Virus record (IMG/VR): IMGVR_UViG_3300047157_000140 | DNA length: 20,000 nucleotides | Strand: one strand, 5' to 3' | DNA from: an uncultured virus (IMG/VR IMGVR_UViG_3300047157_000140) | Taxonomy: Duplodnaviria > Heunggongvirae > Uroviricota > Caudoviricetes > Crassvirales | Translations under genes and position numbers: made by a program | In this document: positions 1 through 8,834 of the stretch, one piece after another | Position numbering within the stretch: position 1 is the stretch's first letter | Layout of the letters: every line of letters starts with the position of its first letter | Notes under the pieces: model-generated | What the model saw: the letters and a program-made list of their open reading frames with translations, nothing else | What the model was told of the DNA's origin: nothing | The model's database searches: none

Positions 1-2
1 AT

Positions 3-419
3 GTTAAAAAAGTAGTGTGTAAGCATTACGATTTAGAAATAACAGACGATTGGTCAAATAACTGTGATCACTATATATACGAAGAAACTACAGCAGATGG
101 TTATAGTGTATGGATTAGTACTTACATGCAAGATAAGGTTTCTGTAAGTGAAAACGTATTCTATTATGATAATGATCTTGCAGATCAATTTAAAACAGCG
201 GTTTACGATAATGATCACAGTGATGTTAAGATATATGTAGATGATATACATGAAGATAACTACTGGTTACAAGATGCCATTAGAGACTTATATGTAGAAT
301 TAGTTGATGTATATACTGATATGGTTAGAGATGAACTAATAGACGAAGGTTATGAAGATCTACCTACTGACGAACAAACTTCAGTAGATTTATTAAACTT
401 ACTAGCAAACAACGAATAA
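3..419 (+). CDS. Acidic hypothetical phage protein, 5' partial
   Basis: Frame is open from position 3 (GTT AAA AAA GTA GTG TGT...), so the true start is probably left of the window; D/E-rich; stop is 1 nt before the next ATG. Confidence 0.75.
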   Translation, partial: VKKVVCKHYDLEITDDWSNNCDHYIYEETTADGYSVWISTYMQDKVSVSENVFYYDNDLADQFKTAVYDNDHSDVKIYVDDIHEDNYWLQDAIRDLYVELVDVYTDMVRDELIDEGYEDLPTDEQTSVDLLNLLANNE

Positions 420-420
420 T

Positions 421-897
421 ATGAGTACAAGAAGCGTAACTATGGTAGTCCATAGATCAGAGGCAGAAAAATACAAGGTAGGTTTTGCTATACATCCGTC
501 GGAGATTAGTGACAAAAGCTATGTAAATATGTATTTACACCATGATGGTTATCCTGAATATACAGGTGTAAACCTTTCTAATTGGGTTAACCATATGCAA
601 AAAGTTAAAGGCTTTACTAATTTCGGTGACGCATCAAGAATAGCATCACACTTAGTTAAAGATTTTCATTATAACTCTCAATATTTATATCCTAATGTAG
701 ACAATATAGATCATCACTATACTTATATCGTATGGACAGGTAAACCTGATGTGTGGATTAGTTGTTACAATAATTATACTAATGAATGCGTATTCGTTAA
801 TACTCCAGATAAAATAATAAGTAAATGGTCTAGAAATGATATGGAATACACAAGTTGGAATAAAAACCCTAACAATCAAGAAAAAATTACAAACTAA
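421..897 (+). CDS. Conserved phage hypothetical protein (MSTRS...YLHHDGYP...G motif family)
   Basis: 158 aa ORF; N-terminal MSTRS and Y-x-H-x-DGYP-x3-G motif recognised from uncharacterised phage proteins. Confidence 0.75.
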   Translation: MSTRSVTMVVHRSEAEKYKVGFAIHPSEISDKSYVNMYLHHDGYPEYTGVNLSNWVNHMQKVKGFTNFGDASRIASHLVKDFHYNSQYLYPNVDNIDHHYTYIVWTGKPDVWISCYNNYTNECVFVNTPDKIISKWSRNDMEYTSWNKNPNNQEKITN

Positions 898-924
898 ATA
901 CGAACAACATTGGATAATAAATAT

Positions 925-1167
925 ATGACTGAAAACGAAATAGAAAAACTAGCAAAAAGAATTGCTAAACTAGTATTAGAAGGCTTATCAGAGATACAGT
1001 TTGAAGAATTAGTATCTCCTGAAACTGAAGAACAAGAATTATTAGCTGAACTAGCTACTGTGATGACACAATTAGATTATAACTTACAACTAGAAGATTA
1101 TAATAAATGTGAACAATTAAAAAGAAAAATAATTAAAATAGAAAATAAACTAAATAAATTTAAATAA
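925..1167 (+). CDS. Small helical protein with C-terminal UVR (UvrB/C)-like coiled-coil motif
   Basis: ATG at 925 preferred over TTG at 910; C-terminus LQLEDYNKCEQLKRKIIKIE resembles the UVR motif. Confidence 0.6.
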   Translation: MTENEIEKLAKRIAKLVLEGLSEIQFEELVSPETEEQELLAELATVMTQLDYNLQLEDYNKCEQLKRKIIKIENKLNKFK

Positions 1168-1168
1168 T

Positions 1169-2023
1169 ATGATTAAACCAATGCTCGCATACAAAGTAGA
1201 CAAAAAACCTGTCGACTGGTCCGAGAAAGTATACATTCAACCTAAGCTTGATGGCGTAAGGTGTGTTATATACGTTGACGACAAAGAAAACATTAGATGT
1301 TTCTCACGTACAGGTAAAGAATTTCACAATCTTGAACACATTAAACTATCGTTAAACAAATTTTTCTTTGACTATGCTAATGTAGATGTTGTACTCGACG
1401 GCGAATTATACAACCATGATCTTAAAGATGACTTCGAAAAGATTATATCATTAGTTAGAAAACAAAAACCAACTGATGCTGATAAAGCTGAAGCTGAAAG
1501 GTTAATACAATTTCACTGCTATGACTATATAGAAACAGTTATGGACAAACCTTATAGTTACAGGTCTGATCAACTAGCTTGTTCTGATATGTATAACTAC
1601 TGTATTAAATACGTAGAAACTACTCTAGTTAATTCTAAAGACTCTGCACAGTTAAGACATCAGTATAATCTAAATAACGGTTACGAAGGTTCTATACTAC
1701 GTCTAGACAAACCCTATCAGCAGAAACGTTCTTATAACTTACAAAAGTTTAAAGACTTTTCAGACACTGAAGCTACAATTGTAGGTTACGAAGCAGGTAA
1801 AGGTAAACGCACGGGCACGCTAGGTAAATTTTTAATGCAAGATGATGACGGTAACAAATTTGGTTGCCCTCCAGGTAAAGGCTACAACTATGAAGATTTA
1901 GCTAATATATTAAATAACATTCATGACTACATAGGTAAGCGAGCTACGTTTACTTATTTCGAACGTACTCAGTACGGTAGTTACAGACATCCATTATTTA
2001 AAACTATTCGTAACTATGAATAA
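1169..2023 (+). CDS. lig: ATP-dependent DNA ligase
   Basis: KPMLA N-terminus, motif I QPKLDGVR, VLDGELY, FHCYD, EGSILR, KRSYNLQKFK, and an OB-fold C-terminus ending YRHPLF. Confidence 0.95.
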   Translation: MIKPMLAYKVDKKPVDWSEKVYIQPKLDGVRCVIYVDDKENIRCFSRTGKEFHNLEHIKLSLNKFFFDYANVDVVLDGELYNHDLKDDFEKIISLVRKQKPTDADKAEAERLIQFHCYDYIETVMDKPYSYRSDQLACSDMYNYCIKYVETTLVNSKDSAQLRHQYNLNNGYEGSILRLDKPYQQKRSYNLQKFKDFSDTEATIVGYEAGKGKRTGTLGKFLMQDDDGNKFGCPPGKGYNYEDLANILNNIHDYIGKRATFTYFERTQYGSYRHPLFKTIRNYE

Positions 2024-2096
2024 ATTTAAAATTAATCCTAAGCAAGTTGCTATTGGTTTTATATTATTCTTAATAATATGTAAATGGCTAAGTTAA
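2016..2096 (+). CDS. 26 aa hydrophobic micro-protein
   Basis: MNKFKINPKQVAIGFILFLIICKWLS*; overlaps the ligase stop; single TM-like stretch. Confidence 0.4.
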   Translation: MNKFKINPKQVAIGFILFLIICKWLS

Positions 2097-2194
2097 TATA
2101 CCAATTATACAACGATAACATGATAAGCGAAGAGGTAGTACACTTATTATTAGACGCTCATTATAATAGAGTAAACAAAACTAGATACAGATGA
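2084..2194 (+). CDS. 36 aa hypothetical protein
   Basis: MAKLIYQLYNDNMISEEVVHLLLDAHYNRVNKTRYR*; ATGA overlap with the next gene. Confidence 0.55.
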   Translation: MAKLIYQLYNDNMISEEVVHLLLDAHYNRVNKTRYR

Positions 2195-2715
2195 ATATAT
2201 TTTATTTAGATAAAGATCCAGTAAAAGCTGCGCAAGTACAATATAACAAGCATGTTGTGAAGATGATATTAGAATCAGCCCAAATGCTTTGCACTGCGCA
2301 TCATCATTATGCTGAAGAGGTTGGGTATGACAATAGCTATATACCCTATAAAAAAGCTCATTACAATCACCCATCTACAATATGGACTAGACAAAACAGT
2401 AGGCAATATTACTGGTTATTTCAACATATGTTAGCATTGGGTAATGAGTATACTAAAAGATATGACAAAAAGCATTTAAGTATAACTAAATGTTTTGATG
2501 CTTTAAAAAATTGTCCTGTCGGTATGCCTTTAGGTGGTAAATTTAATCAACCACCACAAGCTATGCCAGATGAATATAAGCGTGATTGTGCTATACACGC
2601 TTACTGGTTGTACTATGTACACGAAAAGAAAAACATAGCGCATCACAAAGAAACATTATATGATACTAAATACATTGAAAATGTTGTTGGTTACAGCAAC
2701 AATATACCATGCTGA
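2191..2715 (+). CDS. Pyrimidine dimer DNA glycosylase / endonuclease V-like protein
   Basis: MNIFYLD..P...A....KHVVKMILESAQML and HPSTIW motifs typical of this family. Confidence 0.8.
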   Translation: MNIFYLDKDPVKAAQVQYNKHVVKMILESAQMLCTAHHHYAEEVGYDNSYIPYKKAHYNHPSTIWTRQNSRQYYWLFQHMLALGNEYTKRYDKKHLSITKCFDALKNCPVGMPLGGKFNQPPQAMPDEYKRDCAIHAYWLYYVHEKKNIAHHKETLYDTKYIENVVGYSNNIPC

Positions 2716-3001
2716 TCCTGCTCAATGCAATGCAGACTATTTAACTACAGCTTCATTAAAAACTATTAATGAGGCTAATCCTCAAGGTCATCGCTGGATA
2801 GCGGTATCTAGAGATCTAGAACAACACGGTTTTGTGTTTGGTACTAGAGTTTGTGTTGAAGGAGCGGGACAGTTAGATGGTGAATGGACGATAGAAGATA
2901 GAATGAACAAAAGATGGACCAATAGAATAGACTTTTTAGTTAACAAAGAATTAAAAGGTGGTAAATGGAATAACGTAAAAATAACAATTATAGATGAGTA
3001 G
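2660..3001 (+). CDS. 3D-domain (double-psi beta-barrel) putative peptidoglycan-active protein
   Basis: TATIYH, WIAVSRDL, FGTRV, IEDRM, RIDFL motifs; start may be ATG 2681. Confidence 0.7.
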   Translation: MILNTLKMLLVTATIYHADPAQCNADYLTTASLKTINEANPQGHRWIAVSRDLEQHGFVFGTRVCVEGAGQLDGEWTIEDRMNKRWTNRIDFLVNKELKGGKWNNVKITIIDE

Positions 3002-3104
3002 AAAACAAGCAATACATTTAATTAATACAAATGCCTTTGGCATCAAAGATAAAATTAAAAATTTTATTAAACCAAAAACTAAACCTAAAAAGAAAGGACT
3101 GTGA
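2994..3104 (+). CDS. 36 aa basic hypothetical protein
   Basis: MSRKQAIHLINTNAFGIKDKIKNFIKPKTKPKKKGL*; fills the gap and overlaps the upstream stop. Confidence 0.5.
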   Translation: MSRKQAIHLINTNAFGIKDKIKNFIKPKTKPKKKGL

Positions 3105-3146
3105 CAACAGCCCTTAAAGATTAATAAGTAATAAGCAAATGTCACA
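3100..3146. promoter_or_regulatory. Inverted repeat TGTGACA-N33-TGTCACA (possible operator/hairpin)
   Basis: TGTGACA at 3100-3106 and its reverse complement at 3140-3146 bracket an AT-rich intergenic spacer. Confidence 0.4.
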
Positions 3147-3777
3147 CGAAAGAAACATAAAATGGCTAAATGATAGACGCGTGGTTTATAGAAGATTTCC
3201 TATAAGCGATACGCCTACTGTTGAGACAGATAAATACATGTTCTTTGAAGACGGTACTTACGAAAACTATTCTCTATTTAATACTAAAGCTAAGATCACA
3301 ACTTACAAGTCACTGAAGTGGCATATGCTTGTTTTATATTATTTAAACATAGATGGTATAGAAGGTGACATTGTGTCACTTGAAGATGACATGAGATCTA
3401 TATTTAATTTTATAGCAAACAAAGAAAATGGATTTGTAACTTTTTTTATAAAACAAACAGTGTTGAACGACATGATAACAAGTGTCTTTAATCAAGGTGG
3501 TGATATACCTAAGAATAAAATGCGTAAAGTAATATTTAAGGACTATAGCGGTTTAACTCCTGAACAGAAAATGTCAATCGTTGGCAAACTAATAGGAAGA
3601 GCATGCAAAGTAGATCAAGAATCTATTTATCAGACAATGTTAGATTTAAATGACTTCGGTAAGAAAATCACAATTGCTAGAATAGCAGGTCTACTTGATT
3701 GCTCCTCAAGAACAATTTATAGAAACATGAACAAAGAATTAACACATGAAAAAATACTATTAAATGAAGAAGTATAA
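3139..3777 (+). CDS. DNA-binding protein with C-terminal helix-turn-helix
   Basis: C-terminal ITIARIAGLLDCSSRTIYRNM is a typical HTH; N-terminal domain not recognised. Confidence 0.7.
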   Translation: MSHERNIKWLNDRRVVYRRFPISDTPTVETDKYMFFEDGTYENYSLFNTKAKITTYKSLKWHMLVLYYLNIDGIEGDIVSLEDDMRSIFNFIANKENGFVTFFIKQTVLNDMITSVFNQGGDIPKNKMRKVIFKDYSGLTPEQKMSIVGKLIGRACKVDQESIYQTMLDLNDFGKKITIARIAGLLDCSSRTIYRNMNKELTHEKILLNEEV

Positions 3778-4522
3778 CATACAAAACTACATAAGGTATA
3801 AAGAAGATTTAAAATCATCTTTAGCTTTATTAGAAGGTAAAAGCTACAAAGACTGCACAAGAAAAGAATTAATAACTAAATTCTTACCATTAGTAGAAAG
3901 TTTAGCTAGAAAGTTTTCAACAAGTCAACAGGCTTCAGGCGTTCAAAGTATAATGGATTTAATTCAATCAGGATCATCTGGTTTAACTAAAGCTGTAGAT
4001 AGATTAGACTGGGAAACATTAGAAAAATCAGAAGACGTAGAGAAAACATTAAAAAGCTTTTTTAGTAAAAGAATAAAAGGAGCTATAAGAAGATCAATAG
4101 ATATAAATAGAGGTGATATACGTATACCAGAGCACAAGCTTAATGAAATACGAAAAAACTTTGGTAAAGACGAAAAGATGGTTGCTTTGTTTTTTAATTC
4201 TATATTTTTAAGTATAGACGAAAAGCCAAACAATGACGATAACCCTATATATGATATACCTGACAAATCAGAGCCATACAATCAACAGTTATTAAACATA
4301 TACTTAACTGGTTTGCTTAAAAAACATTTAAACGAATTAGAGTATCAAATATTAAGATTAAGTTACGGTTTAGACTGTGATAAACACGCGGCGAAAGATA
4401 TTGCCAAAATACTAAACATACAAGGTAGTAGTTCTTACGTTAGAGTTTCTCAGCTAAAAAAACAAGCTGTAGACAAACTAATATTATCTGTAGATCACTC
4501 GCAAGTGCTTGATTACCTGTAG
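3764..4522 (+). CDS. Phage RNA polymerase sigma-70 family factor
   Basis: Region 2: LPLVESLARKF...DLIQSG..GLTKAVDR...RIKGAIRR...IRIPEH; region 4: LNELEYQILRLSYGL...DIAKILNI...RVSQLKKQAVDKL. Confidence 0.9.
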   Translation: MKKYNIQNYIRYKEDLKSSLALLEGKSYKDCTRKELITKFLPLVESLARKFSTSQQASGVQSIMDLIQSGSSGLTKAVDRLDWETLEKSEDVEKTLKSFFSKRIKGAIRRSIDINRGDIRIPEHKLNEIRKNFGKDEKMVALFFNSIFLSIDEKPNNDDNPIYDIPDKSEPYNQQLLNIYLTGLLKKHLNELEYQILRLSYGLDCDKHAAKDIAKILNIQGSSSYVRVSQLKKQAVDKLILSVDHSQVLDYL

Positions 4523-4584
4523 TTTAAGTGATTAAATATTAAATAATATATGTAATTATACTAATAAGAAAAAACCATAAACCA

Positions 4585-5127
4585 ATGACTATAAACGAAA
4601 AGCTGGCTACAATCCAGACAAAATTTAAATCGAAAAAAAGTAGATTTAATTCCTTTGGCAAATACAACTTCAGATCAGCCGAAGACATTCTCGAAGCAAC
4701 AAAACCCTTTCTATTAGAGTTAGGAGTTACAGTAACAATTAATGAAGAGATCATTAGTGTTGACCCTTTACCTATGATGCAGTCTACTGCTTCTGTAAGT
4801 GATGGTGATAATGCTATACACGCTACTGCTATAGTCGGTGTAGACTTAAATCAAAAAGGTATGAACGTACCTCAACAGTTTGGTTCCGCATCCTCTTATG
4901 CTAAAAAATATGCGTTAGGTAATTTATTCTTAATTGATGACACAGCGGACAGCGATGCTACTAATGATCATGGTAAAAAGAAGTTTGCGCCAAAAACTAA
5001 AACCTCAATAACAGCAGATCAGTTAGCAAAAGCTAAAGACTATGTTAAAGCTGGAGGTAAAATAGAAGCTATAAAAGCTAAATATGCTTTGTCTAAAGAA
5101 GCAGAGCAAGAACTAACAACATTATAG
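4585..5127 (+). CDS. erf: ERF-family single-strand annealing protein
   Basis: NSFGKYNFRSAEDILEA and QQFGSASSYAKKYALGNLFLI, the ERF signature. Confidence 0.9.
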   Translation: MTINEKLATIQTKFKSKKSRFNSFGKYNFRSAEDILEATKPFLLELGVTVTINEEIISVDPLPMMQSTASVSDGDNAIHATAIVGVDLNQKGMNVPQQFGSASSYAKKYALGNLFLIDDTADSDATNDHGKKKFAPKTKTSITADQLAKAKDYVKAGGKIEAIKAKYALSKEAEQELTTL

Positions 5128-5859
5128 ATGAAAAAAGAAGATGTGTTAAAACAATTAGAAAATGACAAGCATTACTACGGTGACTTTGGTAAAAAGTATC
5201 TTAGTAACTCTGACATTTCTACTTTATTAACAAATCCTTTAGCGCTAGGTCAACCATCAAAGCAGATACCTGCATTTTTAGTTGGCGGTTATTTTCATAC
5301 TGCGATACTAGAACCTGAAAAGCTTAAAAACTTTAAAGTTGTAGAATCAACAAGTAGAAACTCTAAAGCGTATAAAGAGATCTCAGGTGGAGAATTATGT
5401 TTATTGCAAAACGAAGTAGATAAGATAGAACTGATGACAGATAAAATGATGTCAAACGAAGTTTGTAGAGATCTTATACGTGGTAGTAACATAGAATATG
5501 AACGACCAGGGATTACAGAGCTTGAAGGCGAGATGTGGAAAGGTAAAGCTGATATTATAAACCATGATGAAAAGCTGATCATTGATTTGAAGACGACAGC
5601 AGACATTACAAAGTTTAAATACTCAGCATCCAAGTATAATTACGACTCACAAGCTTATATTTATAGTAAACTGTTTGGTTATGAAATGTTGTTTATAGTT
5701 ATAGATAAAACAACTCACCAAATAGGTATTGTTTGACTGCTCACCTCAATTTTATGAAAAAGGTGCTGATAAAGTTCAACAAGCGGCAGAACAATATAAA
5801 TTATTTTTTAAAACAGAGGATTTGATCCTCAACAGTTTTTTTTAACTAAAACCCTTTAA
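5128..5859 (+). CDS. PD-(D/E)XK exonuclease (RecE/ExoVIII, DUF3799-like), frameshifted near the 3' end
   Basis: LSNSDI, GGYFHTAILEP, KGKADII, IIDLKTT, YDSQAYIY; continues in shifted frames (FDCSPQFYEKG...QFFLTKTL*) to TAA 5857-5859. Confidence 0.85.
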
Positions 5860-5869
5860 AAACCTAAAT

Positions 5870-6043
5870 ATGGCAAGAAAAAGAACAACAAAAAGATTAT
5901 GTACAGTATCAGGAATAACTACAAGCACAGATAATTTCTATGCTAACCAAACACATGTTAAAGCTGTAGATAACTTAAGAAGAAACTCTGGTGCAACTAA
6001 AGACCAGATAGCAAGAATGTTTAACCAAGTAAACGCATATTAA
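5870..6043 (+). CDS. 57 aa basic hypothetical protein
   Basis: MARKRTTKRLCTVSG...ARMFNQVNAY*; fills the gap, stop is 1 nt before the SSB start. Confidence 0.65.
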   Translation: MARKRTTKRLCTVSGITTSTDNFYANQTHVKAVDNLRRNSGATKDQIARMFNQVNAY

Positions 6044-6044
6044 T

Positions 6045-6359
6045 ATGGCATCAATAATTAAAGCTAGTATTAACCTTAATGAAATACCTAAAGATAAGAT
6101 CTATGTAGGTAAAAAAGGTAAATACTTACCAATTACAATAACCTTGAATGACGAGCTAGATCAGTTTGGTAATCAAGGCCCTGTAGTTGTAGAACAATCA
6201 AAAGAAGAAAGGGAGGCTAAAGTAGCTAAAACTTACCTTGGTAATGTTAAAGTGGTGTGGACAAACGGTGATAACGTAGCCGCAGCACCTAAACAAGACC
6301 AACAAGCTCAAGCGGCACCAGTTGCAGCGGTTGCTCCAGCAGATGATTTACCGTTTTAG
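6045..6359 (+). CDS. Putative single-stranded DNA-binding protein
   Basis: Beta-rich core, Ala/Gln/Pro linker and acidic DDLPF tail; lies between recombinase and primase-helicase. Confidence 0.75.
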   Translation: MASIIKASINLNEIPKDKIYVGKKGKYLPITITLNDELDQFGNQGPVVVEQSKEEREAKVAKTYLGNVKVVWTNGDNVAAAPKQDQQAQAAPVAAVAPADDLPF

Positions 6360-6444
6360 TGGAGTGTGAAATGTGTGGGCAAGGAATGACGCAGGACGAA
6401 TATATGTTCTGGACATTTGCCCTGACTGTAGAGACGGAAATTAA
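6359..6444 (+). CDS. About 28 aa Cys-rich zinc-ribbon micro-protein (one indel assumed)
   Basis: GTG start: ECEMCGQGMTQDEYMF, then shifted frame DICPDCRDGN*; two CxxC pairs. Confidence 0.45.
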
Positions 6445-6462
6445 TTAAATAAAATTAAATCA

Positions 6463-8135
6463 ATGCAGACAACAGAGATCAATGGATTCTTGATTGATGG
6501 TTCAATCAATATGGCCTAGAAGAGAAGACACAGGGTATATGTCCCCTGTGTTCTCACGATAGGAAACCTAAAACCAAAAAGCTTAAATGTGCTAGCTATG
6601 ATTGGGAACGTGGTCTCGGTACCTGTCACAACTGTGACACTAGTTTTCAACTTCATACTTACCAACGTAAAGGTGCTAGCGAAAGAGTCTATGTAAGACC
6701 TGATGCAATAGAGCAGTTTGACGATGTAAGTACGAATGTTGAGACATGGTTTGGTACAAGAGGTATATCAAAGAAAACACTGCAAGACTTACAGGTTACT
6801 GAAGGTCAAGAGTGGATGCCTCAAACTAGTAAGATGGAAAATACCATACAGTTTAATTACTTTATGGGTGATCAACTTATTAATGTTAAATATAGAGACG
6901 GTAGAAAAAACTTCAAGTTATACAAAGGTGCTGAAAAAGTATTTTACAATATTAATAGTATTGTAGGTTATGATGAATGTATAATTGTTGAAGGTGAAAT
7001 GGATGTGTTAGCTTTGCACGAAGCTGGTATTAAAAATGTAATATCAGTACCTAACGGTGCTACACTAAATTCTAACAACCTAGATTATCTTAGATAATTG
7101 TATTGATTATTTTGAAGATAAAGACTAAGGTTATACTTGCAGTTGATGCTGATGAAGCCTGGTCAAGCTTTAAAGCAAGAGTTTATACGTAGACTCGGTG
7201 CTGAGGTTTGTTACACTTGTAGATTTTGATGACTGTAAAGATTCAAATGACTATTTAATTGAACATGGTGCTGATGCCTTACGTTCTGCTATACACGCTG
7301 CAAAGCAAGTACCGCTAGAAGGTGTTAGTACATTATACGATATACGAAGATGAACTTAAAGACTTTGTTAAAAATGGATTTAAACCTGGGTTTCAAGTCG
7401 GGCTTAAAAACTTTGATGAAATATTTTCGACATACACTGGTCAGTTTATTACGGTTACTGGCATCCCTAGTAGTGGTAAGTCTGACTTTGTTGATCAAAT
7501 GTGTGTTGGATATAATACAAACTATGGATGGAAGACTGCATTTGCGTCTCCGGAAAATGCTCCAACATATCTTCACGCACATAAGTTAATGCGTAAGGTT
7601 TGGCAAGGTATGCCTTCACCTAGCAGATATAGATGGTGAACAATGGAATAAGTTGCAGACCACGTAAACGATAATTTCTTTTTCATTGACATGGAAAGAT
7701 ATACTCTTGACCATGTACTACGTAAAGGCGCTGAGCTTGTTAAACGTAAAGGTATTAAATGTTTAGTCATTGATCCTTTTAATAAGGTTAGAGATGTTAA
7801 TTGTAAGACTGAAGATGTTAATAGGTATACAATGGAATATCTAACTAAGATAGAAGTATTTGCTAAAAAGTATGATGTATTAGTATTTATAGTTGCGCAC
7901 CCTACAAAGATGTACAAGGCTCTGATGGTAAAATAGAAGAACCTACAATGTATAATATTAAAGGTGGTGGTGAATGGTACGATGCTAGTTATCATGGTTT
8001 ATTAGTACATAGAGATTATGATGCTAAAACTGTTAAAGCTAAAGTATTAAAAGTTAAGTTTCAAAACCTCGGTGAAAACGGTGCTGAAGCTTTTTTAAAT
8101 GGGAACACAAATCAGGTTGCTTTATACCTTTGATT
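6463..8135 (+). CDS. Twinkle/T7 gp4-like primase-helicase (several frameshifts; 3' end uncertain)
   Basis: Zn domain CPLCSHDRK...GTCHNC; TOPRIM IIVEGEMD and VDADE; Walker A TGIPSSGKS; Walker B LVIDP; VAHPTK; IKGGGEW; KVKFQNLG. Confidence 0.9.
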
Positions 8136-8189
8136 CAAGAGAGTTATGGAGCACTATTTTTAAATATTACAAATACTATTACGAAAAAT

Positions 8190-8831
8190 ATGAAAAAAAC
8201 ATATGATAATGCTAATGAAGCTTACGAAGATCTTCTACACGAAGCAATAACAGAAGGTGTAGATTTCGATGACACAAAAGCTTTATTTAATTGTGGTTTT
8301 ACTATTACAAACCCACAAGATAATTGGATAACAAATAAAGAACGTAAATGGAGTTTAGAATACGCTGAAGCTGAGTGGGCTTGGTATTTGTCTGGTGATC
8401 CTAGTATTGATAAGCTAGGAGAAATATACGGTAAGATACCACCGATATGGGAACGTATGGCAAACAGCGATAGAAAAGTAAACTCTAATTACGGTTATCA
8501 ATGGAAAAGAAATAATCAAATAGATTATGTTGTTGCAAAGTTAAGACAAAACAAAAACACAAGGCACGCTGCTATAAGTATATACGATGCTAAGGAATAT
8601 GAAGATTACAGGAAAGATACACCGTGCACTTATGCTATACAGTTTACTATCGTAGACAATAAACTTTGTATGTCTGTCTATATGCGTTCTAATGACATCT
8701 GGTACGGTTTCTGTAATGATCAATATCAATTTTCATCTTTACAAAAACTAATTGCTGGACGTCTTAATTTAGATACTGGATGGTATTACCATCACGCGCA
8801 CAACATGCATCTATATAACAACAAACTATAA
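8190..8831 (+). CDS. Thymidylate-synthase-fold enzyme, dCMP hydroxymethylase (T4 gp42)-like
   Basis: EYAEAEWAWY, IPPIW, VNSNYG, catalytic PCT, MRSNDIWYGFCND (Asp where ThyA has Asn), HNMHLY; ATG 8190 preferred over TTG 8130. Confidence 0.8.
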   Translation: MKKTYDNANEAYEDLLHEAITEGVDFDDTKALFNCGFTITNPQDNWITNKERKWSLEYAEAEWAWYLSGDPSIDKLGEIYGKIPPIWERMANSDRKVNSNYGYQWKRNNQIDYVVAKLRQNKNTRHAAISIYDAKEYEDYRKDTPCTYAIQFTIVDNKLCMSVYMRSNDIWYGFCNDQYQFSSLQKLIAGRLNLDTGWYYHHAHNMHLYNNKL

Positions 8832-8834
8832 AAT

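Noticed and set aside
8130..8831. Canonical thyA call and TTG start at 8130
   Set aside because: The specificity residue is Asp rather than Asn, and the 20 extra N-terminal codons overlap an apparent orphan gene tail.
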